Positions 1-10,100 of a stretch of DNA of 64,000 nucleotides are shown here, in pieces (the first letter of the stretch is position 1; each line of letters opens with the position of its first letter). The translations under genes were made by a program, and so were the position numbers. The notes under the pieces are model-generated. The model was not told the DNA's origin and ran no database searches. It saw only the letters and a list, made by a program, of their open reading frames with translations. Origin of the DNA: Diplonema japonicum (lineage: Eukaryota; Protista; Euglenozoa: Diplonemea); the NCBI GenBank assembly GCA_964019335.1, contig OZ025722.1, forward strand, positions 186,001 to 250,000, in the 5' to 3' direction.

Positions 1-1
1 G

Positions 2-592
2 CTGCGAAAGACCCGGGGTGCTCGTAGCGCCGTCCCCGCCCCCAGTGGGAAGGCCGCGCCGGGTGCCGTCCCGTTCTTCGTCCCGCAACCCCCCCCGCTT
101 ATCAAGGGCGATCCGAAAAAAGTTTTCGTGGCAGACGTGCCATCGTCGTTGGAGTGGCATCAGTTGGCCGCTATTATGGGTGCTTCATTTGGAACTGTGG
201 AAGAGGCGGTTATTAAGGTATGGAAAAAAAAAAAAAAAAAAAAAAAAAAAAGGTGAAAAAGAGTAAGAAAGACGGGTCGGACAAGGCTTTCGCCTTTGTC
301 ACTTTCCAGGATGAAAGGGTGGCGAGACAGGTGTGTGTTTTTTTTTTTTTTTTTTTTTTTTTTATGAAATAATTTTCTTTTTTAAAAAAAAAAAAAAAAG
401 GCCGTCTTTATTGGCAAGACCATATCCCCTGATGGGCGTATCATGCGCATCACGCGAAGCAGGCCTGAACGGCTGCGGCACAACAACCCGCACCATAATG
501 TTGTGGAGGTCCCGAAAAAGCCGGAGCCGGAGCTGCCTCCCAGAGAGTCTTCGGAAGAGCCGGATGGTGATATGGAAGAGTTGGAGCTGTAA
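2..592 (+). CDS. RRM RNA-binding protein, 5'-partial; exons <2-217, 253-330, 401-592
   Basis: Splicing two GT-AG introns gives KVFVADVP (RNP2)...EAVIK|VKKSKKDGSDKAFAFVTF (RNP1) QDERVARQ|AVFIGK...GRIMRITRS...EELEL*; not in the ORF track. Confidence 0.8.
218..252 (+). other. 35-nt intron GTATGG(A)28G, phase 0
   Basis: Removal restores the RRM reading frame. Confidence 0.8.
331..400 (+). other. 70-nt intron, T-run then A-run, phase 0
   Basis: GTGTGT...AAAG; restores the RRM frame. Confidence 0.8.
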
Positions 593-673
593 AAAAAAAA
601 AAAAAAGAAAAAAGGAAAAAAAAAATTGCTTACAACAACATCCTTAGGTATTAAAAAAAACCGTTATCATTTT

Positions 674-707
<34 letters not shown>

Positions 708-776
708 CCTATTCACCCACATCAAAAAAAAAAAGAAGAAAAAAAATTTTTTTTCTTCTCAATTTTCTTGCTTTGG

Positions 777-809
<33 letters not shown>

Positions 810-831
810 CAAAAAAAAAAAAAAAAAAAAA

Positions 832-3301
832 ATGCCAAACACACCGACCAACGAAAGAACCTGGACCAACCCGAAGTTCGATATCTATGCAGAAAGCACC
901 ACCGCTGTGATCGAAGCGGGGGGGCTCTCAGTGAAGGATGCCTTTGAACTGTGCGGACGCGGGACGTGGAAGTCCTTCCAAGCATCCCTATCGGCAAAGG
1001 GCGTCCGCGAAGGCGCGCTCTTCCTAAAGGGTGAGGAAGAGGTGATGGAGGAAATCCTCGTGTTCTTCAAGGACCACAAGGTGTCAGTGAAGTACCAAGC
1101 TCTGTGCCTCGCCGCGGCGTCTAAAGCAGTGAGAGCACCATCACCCTTCCCCGATGAAGTTTCTAAAGCAGCGAGAAATCGACTAAAAATGGAAACAGAA
1201 CAGATTCAAAGCTTGCAAACACAAGCTGCTTCAATGATAAAGATGATGACGAACTCGCAGCACGAAGTTAAAAACCACGATATTGTGAAAGAATGCACCG
1301 AACAGCTCGCGCTTACAGAAGAATGTATCAAACAACTCTCAGGCAGCGAGGACCACAAAAAGGAAGCCAGCGGTAAGTTCATGAAGACAACCCGTTCTAT
1401 AGAAACCATGCTGAAGAAATCCGTCCACGATCTCACCGCTGCCTCCGAACAACTCGAAGCGTCGTTGACCCTATTCGTCCACGAGCAAAAATATCTCGCG
1501 AGGCGACTCCCGCAAAGAAGGAAAACCCTGATCTTTTTCAAAATCGCAATGGGCGCCGAGCACGATCTGAGCACCGAAGATTGGAACGCAATGTGCTTAG
1601 CACCTTCAGATTTCGACGGGCTAGGTGACGTTCAGTTCAAGGTCGGTGTTACTAAAAAATCCCCGACAATTAAAAACGCGGTGCTGCCTGCAGTGGACCT
1701 TACAGGAGCGAACCTCAAAGGGCTGACGTTTTCACATTGCGATTTGTCGAAGGTGAAGCTAGGGTTCGACCTGCAATCTATCCATTTCAAACACTGCTCG
1801 TTCGGGAAGAATTTCAGCTGTAAAGACAGAAACCTGACGAACAGCTCCTTCGAAGGCTGCAAGCTTCACCAAACCGACTTCGACGGTGCGATCCTGGCAA
1901 AAACATCCTTCATCTTCGCAAATCTCTCCGGGTCCAACTTCAAAAACGTTGTGTTCAACCAGGTTGACATGAGGTACTCTCAACTGGAAAACTGTAATTT
2001 TGAAGGATGCGATTTGTCAGATTCACAACTGCACCACGCGTGTTTGGATTGTTCCAACATGAAGGCCTTTATACCGCCGAAATCTCTCGAATCCACCCAA
2101 CTCGGCGGAGCCATCGTTGACAACGTGAACCTCCGATCCACTTCGCTTAAAGGTGCGGTTCTTAAAGGCACGTCGCTGCGTAACACTATCCTCCCCGACG
2201 GGCTCTGCACACGGCCGTACGACCTCAATGGTACCGATTTGTCGAACGCGGTGGTCAGCAACGCGAAGTTCGACCACTCAGATTTAACGAACACCATCTT
2301 GACAGGGTGCAACATCACGAACTGCAGCTTCGTTGAGACAATGCTCCCACCGGATGTCGCGTGGGGAATGACCACAGATTGCGTGTTCGAAGGAACAGAG
2401 ACCGACGACACCCCAACTGTTTATGTATGTGCCGTATATTAAAAAAAGTTCTTTAAAAAAAAAAAAAAAAAAAAAGAAACCTCGTATTCGAGTGGCCGCT
2501 GCTCGGAACTACGCTGCCGCAGTGACCAAGGAAGGTCAGATCCACGTATGGGGTGACGGTTTTACTGGAATGCCGTTACGTTCCGCAGCAGCAGAAGTTG
2601 CAACAACTGACGATCACTGCATGGCGTTACTGGAGGACGGGACAGTACAGGCGTGGAACAACCGGGGAATGCTCGTTGATTTCGGTTTAGAGGACTGGGA
2701 AGACATAGAATCTATCGACGGCGGGAAGGATCAAATCACCGCCATTACATTTGACGGACGAGTGAGAATGTGGAGAAACGGAAAATCATCTGAACCCCCT
2801 ATCGATCTACCAAGAGTTGCTAAGGTAGCAACAGGAAGCGACCACACACTAGCGCTCCTCTACAATGGAAAAGTTGTGGGTTGGGGTGCGAATGATCACG
2901 GGCAGTGTAACATCCCAGACTTCAAGGATTGCAATATTGTTAGTGTTGCAGCTGGTGCGGGGCATTCCGTGGCTGTTCTTGAACATGGTGGGGTCGTAGC
3001 TTGGGGGCTCAATGATGTTGGGCAAGCTTCTCCACCTCCTGTTTTCAATGCTGTTGCTGCAGCATGCGGTGTCCACCACTCTGTGGTTCTCACCTCCAAT
3101 TCCACTATCATAGGGTGGGGCCACAATTCTGTCGGGCAGATCACAACTCCCTACCGTGCTGTGAACGTTGCCAGCATCGCCGCGGGTTCGTTCTTTTCCG
3201 TCGCTTTGCTGTATGACGGTACCATCCAAGCATGGGGTGCTACCGACGATGGGGATATTTCCACCACAACTCCTTACATGCCGTTCGTTAGATTGCCTTA
3301 A
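832..3301 (+). CDS. Coiled-coil + pentapeptide-repeat + RCC1/BLIP-II repeat protein (~805 aa); exons 832-2424, 2477-3301
   Basis: A(D/N)LxG-type pentapeptide repeats (VDLTGANLKG, ANLSGSNF, TDLSNAV); RCC1 repeats (VATGSDHTLALL..G.V.GWG.N..GQ); ORFs 832 and 2423 are joined in frame by intron 2425-2476. Confidence 0.8.
2425..2476 (+). other. 52-nt intron, A-rich 3' end, phase 0
   Basis: GTATGT...AAAAG joins the two ORFs in frame. Confidence 0.75.
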
Positions 3302-4155
3302 TCTTTTTTTTTTTTTTTTTTTTCTTCCGTCAACAACAGGGTTTCTTCTGAGGGAGATTATTCCCCATTTTTTTTTTTTGTTTAAATGCCTTTTGGATCG
3401 AAAGCCTCCGAGAGAAAGAAAAAAAAATGGGTTTTTTTTTGTTTTGTTGACACTGATTTTTTATATGTTTCTGGGGGGGGGGGAAGAAAAAAAACATATA
3501 AAGAGAAGGAATGGAAGAAAAAAAGGGGGACCATTAGGGTTTGGTAGGCCATTTTATTCCCAAAAAGAAGAAAAAGAAAAATAAAAGAATTTGTGATGTC
3601 AAACAAAAGAAGAAGAAAAAAGTTTTTATAGCTGTTTTTTTTTCCCAGAAAAAAAAAGACGTTTTTTTTTTTTTTTTTTTTTTCTTTTTTTCTGCGTTAA
3701 GTTTCGGTTGGAAGGAGCACCACGCTTTTATTTCTATTGTTTCCTTATCGTGCTTGTGATGTCTCTTCCATTCCCTTTCCCCTGCTTTGGTTCCCCCCCC
3801 CCCCCTTTATTATTTGCGGGGGGGTTTTGCTAGGTTTCCCAGTAGAGAAGAAAAAACCTCCCCCCCCCCCCCCCCCCCCTCCTCCTCCCCCCACAACCCG
3901 AACAGTATTGTTTTCCTTTTTTTCCCCCCTGAAAAACCAGTATTTTTTTTTCTTTCCCCCCACTCGTTTGTGTGTAGCGGGAGTATAAAAAAAAAAAAGA
4001 GGGGAACAAAAAAAAAAAAAGTAAAAAGGAAAAAAAAAAAAATCACCACCGACACCAAATCCTCCCCCCCACCAACCTCCCTCCGCGACAACCCTCGTGT
4101 TTTTTTTTTTTTTTTTTTTATTTTTTTTTTTACTCCTTTTTTTTTTTCTTTTTTC

Positions 4156-4349
4156 TGACATGGCCAAGGGAGAAAAGGAGGCGCGCTTTTCCGGCGCAGT
4201 CATGCAAGAACATGAGATCACTACGATCCATTGGCCGCGACACACGTCGTCGTCGTTTTGATAGGAAGGCCCTGTTTGCATCGGGGCTGACGGCGACCGA
4301 CTGAGAATGCCACCGCGGCGGGCCGTTGCTAACCACTTCGTTCCTGTCA
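4156..4349 (+). ncRNA. Candidate structured non-coding RNA, family unknown
   Basis: GC-balanced island among homopolymers with several nested stems, some using G-U pairs on the + strand; no convincing ORF. Confidence 0.35.
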
Positions 4350-4436
4350 TAGTAAATTTTTCTTTTTCTTTTTTTTTTTAAAAAAAAAACACCCCTATCA
4401 ACGAAAGACGAAAACAAAAAAAAAAAAAAAAAAAAA

Positions 4437-5657
4437 ATGTACGCAAGCACCATGCTAAGCACGTACAAGGGCTTCTCCGTCCGAGACGTGTACTCCTTTC
4501 ACTGTGAAAAACTACACGTCAAGGAAAACAGCGGGGTGGCAAGGTGCCTACCAGACGAAGTGGGAACCTTAGAAAGCGTCGCCGAGCTAGACATGTCGCG
4601 TATGTACCTGGGGCAATATGGAGCCTGCGCGGTCATGGAGGTCGTTAGATCGTGTTATAAGTGCGAAGCGATAAACTTCACAGGGTGCGGGCTGACGAAC
4701 GACATCGCAAAGATGCTGATGCAAATCGTGGAGTCGCACCCTTCTATACAAGAGATTACCTTAGATGAAAACCCGTTCCTCACCACCCCATGCGGGGATC
4801 TTTTGTTGAAGGCGGTCCGAAGCACACAACGCTTGCTCCGCGTGTCCATCCAAAAGACCAACGTCCCGTCCGACATCGCCAATAAAATCACGATGGTGGT
4901 GAAGCAAAACCGTGTGATTGAACACCCTCCTCGGGAACTCCGTTTTTCCTTCGCTCTGCATGACGCGCTCACGCCTTCTCAGCTCGGTCTGCTCTCAAAA
5001 CCCTGCCGGGGTAAACGGCTCTGCAACGAGTTGATCACTGCAGAAACCCCTCCTATATTCGACCGGGAAACTCCTTATCTCCCCGTTCTCTCCGCTGCTG
5101 AAAAACAGTTCGCATTGAAATGTTATCGGGAGGAGGACATCAACGACAGCGGCGTCGTTGGGTACATCAAGGCAGTGTGTGCTTTAGAACGAGTTGACCC
5201 TGGAAAGGGTGTATACGAATCAGACGAGCTCTTGAAAGAGATTTTCCGTCGGTTGGACAAATTAGAGAACGGGTTCATATCAACCGAGGACTGGCTTCTA
5301 ATGGTAAGGAACCACCTCCACATAGAGGGTGCCAGCTACAAGGCGCTTCTTTTGAAGCATTTATCGACCTCGTACACCACCGTCGGAGCTGATGAGGATA
5401 CCACTGCGCTTCACGCCTCTTCGTGCATTTCAAACCTATTTAACATTATAGGGACCAACCCTCCTCCGGCTCTTGAGCCTATTGCGCAGACGCTCATATG
5501 TCTGACGTCGGGGAGTGATGCCACTGATGAATCTCTCATCCCTATGTCGTTCCCTCATTACGCTTGCTGTGTCCTTGCAGCGTACTGTATCACCGACCCC
5601 GTTGTGAAGGCCGTGTTCATCGATGGGAAAGCGTTCCTTGAAATCGAACCTCTTTGA
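4437..5657 (+). CDS. RNI-like leucine-rich repeat protein with C-terminal EF-hand-like motifs (406 aa)
   Basis: LDMSRMYLG, INFTGCGLT, ITLDENPFL repeats; DINDSGVV and DKLENGFISTEDW EF-like loops. Confidence 0.75.
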   Translation: MYASTMLSTYKGFSVRDVYSFHCEKLHVKENSGVARCLPDEVGTLESVAELDMSRMYLGQYGACAVMEVVRSCYKCEAINFTGCGLTNDIAKMLMQIVESHPSIQEITLDENPFLTTPCGDLLLKAVRSTQRLLRVSIQKTNVPSDIANKITMVVKQNRVIEHPPRELRFSFALHDALTPSQLGLLSKPCRGKRLCNELITAETPPIFDRETPYLPVLSAAEKQFALKCYREEDINDSGVVGYIKAVCALERVDPGKGVYESDELLKEIFRRLDKLENGFISTEDWLLMVRNHLHIEGASYKALLLKHLSTSYTTVGADEDTTALHASSCISNLFNIIGTNPPPALEPIAQTLICLTSGSDATDESLIPMSFPHYACCVLAAYCITDPVVKAVFIDGKAFLEIEPL

Positions 5658-5824
5658 AAAAAAAAAGCCCCCCCCCGCTCTTTTCTTCCGAGTAGAGCAA
5701 AGAAATGGGGGGGTACCCCCCCCCCCCCCCCCCCTCCCCTCTATAAGTATTTTTTGTTTTTTTTTTTTTTCCTCCATACTCCCCGTAATTAACTAATTTA
5801 TAGGGTGTGTGGGTGCGGCAAAGC

Positions 5825-7021
5825 ATGGCACACTACCCAATGCAGCACCCGACGAAGTCGTACTGGCTTGACAGCGGGGTGAAGGTGGATGTTGCAGAGA
5901 GCAACGAGCAAAACAGCGACAAAGTATGGGACGTAGCTGTAGTGGGAGGCGGTTTAAGCGGCATGAGCATGGCGTGGTGGCTGAAGGAATTTGGAGTCAG
6001 CGACGTGTGTGTGCTGGAGGCACGGGAATGCGGAGGTGGGGCCAGCGGAAGAAACGGAGGACACATGTTCCCATCTGTCGCAGCTTCGGGGTACGTAGCT
6101 GAGAAGTACGGACCAGGCCCTGCGGGGGACCTGTTTTCCTTTGAACAGGACAGTGTGGAAAGGACAAAGGCGATCCTCCCCGAGGAGGCTTTGATCGGGA
6201 AGGAGGCGCGAACCCTTCTAAAGTTCGACGAGGAGGTGGAAATATACGAAAACGAAAGGTCGTTCACCCCTTGCCCGACCCCGGACGTCGCCACCCCGAA
6301 CGACCTTCCGAAGCCTTTCAAACACGTTCTGTCCACCACGGCCTACTCCCTCCACCCGTCAATTTTACAAAACGCACTTGTGAAACATACCTGCCCCGTG
6401 ATTGTAAGGGACTGTGTAGAGAGTCTGAAACAAGGCGAGGACGGGGTGTGGATTGTGGGAAAAGTCAAAGCAACACGAGTCGTGCTGGCCACGAACGGTT
6501 ACAGCAAAGGGGTCCTGCCGGACGTGAACATCAAGCCTGTTCGAGGACAGTGCATTGCGGTGGCCGATATGCACATCCCTTGCAACTTCACATGGGACGA
6601 TGGGGATGTCTATGTGGCCCGTACCGTCGAAGGGTGTGTCATCGGCGGGATGCGTCCTGTGGGCGAGAACGACGGTACTAACATCTCTGATGACACGGTG
6701 CTTGATCCTAAGGTTTCTAGCGGTCTTCGCCGTGCGCTGTCTGACCTTAAAACTCTCGCTCCACCTGGCACTGGCACTGTTCCTCGAATCACGCACGAGT
6801 GGACCGGTGTCATGGGCTTCACACCCGACATGCTACCTTTAGTCGGGGAGATCCCCGGGCACCCTCTCGCCTACATCATTGCAGGTTTTTCCGGCGAGGG
6901 TGTGCCCAAAATCTTTGGGTCCGCACGCCTCCTCGCCGCGATGGTCGTGGGGCAGCCGGAACGGACCCCCGAAGCGTGGGTTTCTAACACCGTAAAAATT
7001 CTCGACCCAGAGAGGTTCTAG
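5825..7021 (+). CDS. FAD-dependent oxidoreductase, DAO/PuuB-like family (~398 aa)
   Basis: DVAVVGGGLSG Rossmann motif, GASGRNGG, VLATNGY, PVRGQ, WTGVMGFTPDMLPLVG, AGFSGEG. Confidence 0.9.
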   Translation: MAHYPMQHPTKSYWLDSGVKVDVAESNEQNSDKVWDVAVVGGGLSGMSMAWWLKEFGVSDVCVLEARECGGGASGRNGGHMFPSVAASGYVAEKYGPGPAGDLFSFEQDSVERTKAILPEEALIGKEARTLLKFDEEVEIYENERSFTPCPTPDVATPNDLPKPFKHVLSTTAYSLHPSILQNALVKHTCPVIVRDCVESLKQGEDGVWIVGKVKATRVVLATNGYSKGVLPDVNIKPVRGQCIAVADMHIPCNFTWDDGDVYVARTVEGCVIGGMRPVGENDGTNISDDTVLDPKVSSGLRRALSDLKTLAPPGTGTVPRITHEWTGVMGFTPDMLPLVGEIPGHPLAYIIAGFSGEGVPKIFGSARLLAAMVVGQPERTPEAWVSNTVKILDPERF

Positions 7022-7180
7022 CATTTCATCCTCCTCTTCTTTTCTTTTTTTTTTTTGTTGTCCCTACTATTTTTTTTTTGCAACAAACAAAACAAAAAAC
7101 ATAAAAAAAAAGGGTGTGGGGAGGGAGGAGCGCGGAGTCCAGAGCGTAAAAAAGAAAACAAAAGCAAAAAGTAGAAAAAG

Positions 7181-10100
7181 ATGCCCCTCCGCCACGCAGT
7201 TTTCCTATTGTTGCTGTCCTCGCTGGCGGAGGGCAGCCACTGGTACACCTCGCCTGCGACGGGGGGTCTTGTGAAGCCTCCCAACTACACACCCTTCGTA
7301 CAGATGCCTGGGGTGTGGACGGGCATGCTGAACCACAACCCAACCTTTAAGCGCGGAACAGTGGTCACCTGCGGGAACAACGACGTGGTGGTGCGCGAGG
7401 ACATCGACGGGCTGGAGAACAACGGGTGCATCTACCTGCAGGGTTGGGCTGTCGACATCGCAGACGACGAGAACAGCGATGCGAACAACAGACTAAGGTT
7501 CAAAATGGAGGTGCAAAACGGATTGGGAAGCTTTGCAGGGATCTTCGCCCAGCGGCCCTGCATCGATATCGAAGGTCCCTTTGGCACATGCTGCCCGAAC
7601 CCATGCGGAGCCTGCGGTCCTGGCAACCTCCACGCACGTATCCGCCCACATCACTTCGGTCAAGTCGTGACAAAGGTCACCCTTATGGACGAAGGCCAGT
7701 GCGACAACAGAGACGATCTGGTGAACGCATGTGTACCTGAACGCTGTTGTGAGTCGCACCCTTTGGAGTTCCACGTGACGGTGATCCCTGTGAACGACTG
7801 TCCTCGGTACCGGTTCAGAGGCGTTGACATACCTGAAGACGGGGTAATAAACTCCACTTCTTGGCTGGACCCTACCAACGGGCGCGATCCCGGCGACGGT
7901 GGTCTTATCCTCACATATGAAGACGTGGAGGTGTGTCTCCCCATGCTTGTTGAAGTCGCGTATGGAGGTTGGCACGAGGGTCCTGGGGAAACCGGTTCAA
8001 ACACAGAACCCTGGCACGATCAGGTGCTGGTGTGGTCGGTCGCGAACGACGACACGTCGGTGTTCAAGACGCAGCCGCATGTTAGATATGTTGAAGGGGA
8101 GGATTATGCGTTGCTTTGCTTCCTTCCAGGCAAGGATGTCACCGGGGAGGTCAATTTAACCATTCATCTTGAAGACACCGGCGGGCAAGTATCTGACACA
8201 ATCGGTGGCGGAACAGCACCATGCACGACAAGCGGAACCGTCGGCTGCTACCTCAGAACACCCGACGAATCCATTAAAATCGTGATCCGTGAGGTCAACG
8301 ACCCGCCGACATTTGCAGCAGGGCCGTCTGTCGTCAGCGCGTATGAGGATTCAGGGCCTTACAAAAAAATCTGGGCACGCGATATGGCAGTTGGTCCTAC
8401 CGACGAGATCGCCAACGGGCAGATTCTTTCGCATTTTGAGGTGGATCTCCTCAATGAAAACCACAAGGCGTTGTTCGTGACCCCGCCCAAGATGGGTCTT
8501 GACGGGGTTCTGGAATTCGAAACCCGACGGAACGTCCACACGTACGGGTTTGAGGTCCTCTGCGCCGTGAGGCTGATGGACTACCCACCACCAAGGCTCG
8601 GCCTCACCCCAATGTATTCAGTAAAGCCCGACAAGGTGTTCAGAATTATCATTGAACCAGTCAACGACCCTCCTTATTACGAACAGCTTGATCCGGTGAG
8701 TTTGGTGTACTGGGAGGACGTGGGAAATGTTGAGAGACAATGGGCAAAACCTGATCTTCTGTGCGCAGGGTGGGATCCAATCGGGCGACAGTGCATCGCA
8801 AACGAAGGAACGGGAACATGGGTCGTTGGAAACGAAACATATCCTGGAGAGGGCCAGGAAGTATCATTTACAACAGTGGCGAGGGACGCCACCCTCTTCG
8901 ACGGCGGCCCGAACATCGACATCAACGGAACACTCTTTTTCAACTCAGCTGCGGATCAGTACGGCGAGACGGACATCACAGTCTTGGCAGTGGACAACGG
9001 GGGGCAACAAGGGGACAACAAAGGTCCCATTACGTACTTCGACATCACGTTCAACCCGGTCAACGATCCACCAGCATTCGACACAGAGACGCAGCACATC
9101 ACCGTTGATGAGGATTCGGGCACGTACAGCAACGCGAGGTTTCTGCACAACATTGTGTCTGGACCTTCAAACGAGGCAAAGCAAACTGTCACCATTGTTA
9201 CCAGTGTGGCTAATCAGATACTATTTGATGATGTTCCGTCCTTGACACTCGATGCAAGCGGGACCGCGGCAGAACTCAGATTCACACCGGCGCCAAACGC
9301 GTTTGGAAATGCATCGTTGTCGTTCTACCTGCAAGACGACGGCGGCACGGAGATCAACGGGGATGACCGCGCCGATTCCCGAACAATCCGAATCGAGATA
9401 CGCCCTTTAAACGACCCCCCAGCAGTGACCCTCGGGCCTCATGTTATCGTGCAGGAGGATCTGTCGTTAGGAGGCTACATCCAACCCAACTGGGTGCTGA
9501 AAGCATCGCCCGGACTTCTTGAAGAATCAACACAGCATCTTGTGTACAATGTGTCTTGCGATCCTGCTCACGTGTTTGCCACACAACCGGAGATTTCAAC
9601 AACAGGAACGCTCTCCTTCGTACCGAAGAAGGACATGCACGGTAGCGTTTTATGTACTGTTGTCGCATCAGATGTTCTCACAGGGACAGGTGAAGTTCTG
9701 TCAAGCACGAAGCCCGACTATTTTCAGATAGGGCTGCAACGTGTTAACGACGCGCCTTTCTTCATACCTGGGGGGCCGGTTACTGTCGGTGAATGTCTGA
9801 CCGCGTCGCAGGGCTGCGATCACATTATCCCCGGGTGGGCGAGAAACATCACGGCAGGCCCCTCCAACGAGAACTACCAAAAGCTTTCCTTCACTGTGGA
9901 AAGCAACACCAGAGACGTCTCGAGACTCTTCGCAGAATGGCCGACCATCGGGATCCCCTCCGGGACGATCAGCTTCAAGCTCAACCCCAACGAGTTTGCA
10001 CAGCCTTCATTTCTCATGAAGGTCATATTGAAAGACGACGGCGGGGGTACCGATGACACATATGAAGCGGCACTGGTTCTTGAAGTCACGCCAAGCCCGA

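Noticed and set aside
4281-4349. GGGG...CTGAGA resembling a TPP riboswitch; GCTAACC resembling a telomerase template
   Set aside because: The conserved 3' half of the TPP aptamer is absent; the template match is shorter than one full repeat plus alignment region
333-4468. Many short ORFs rich in poly-K, poly-F, poly-P or poly-G, here and throughout the window
   Set aside because: Translations of intergenic or intronic homopolymer tracts
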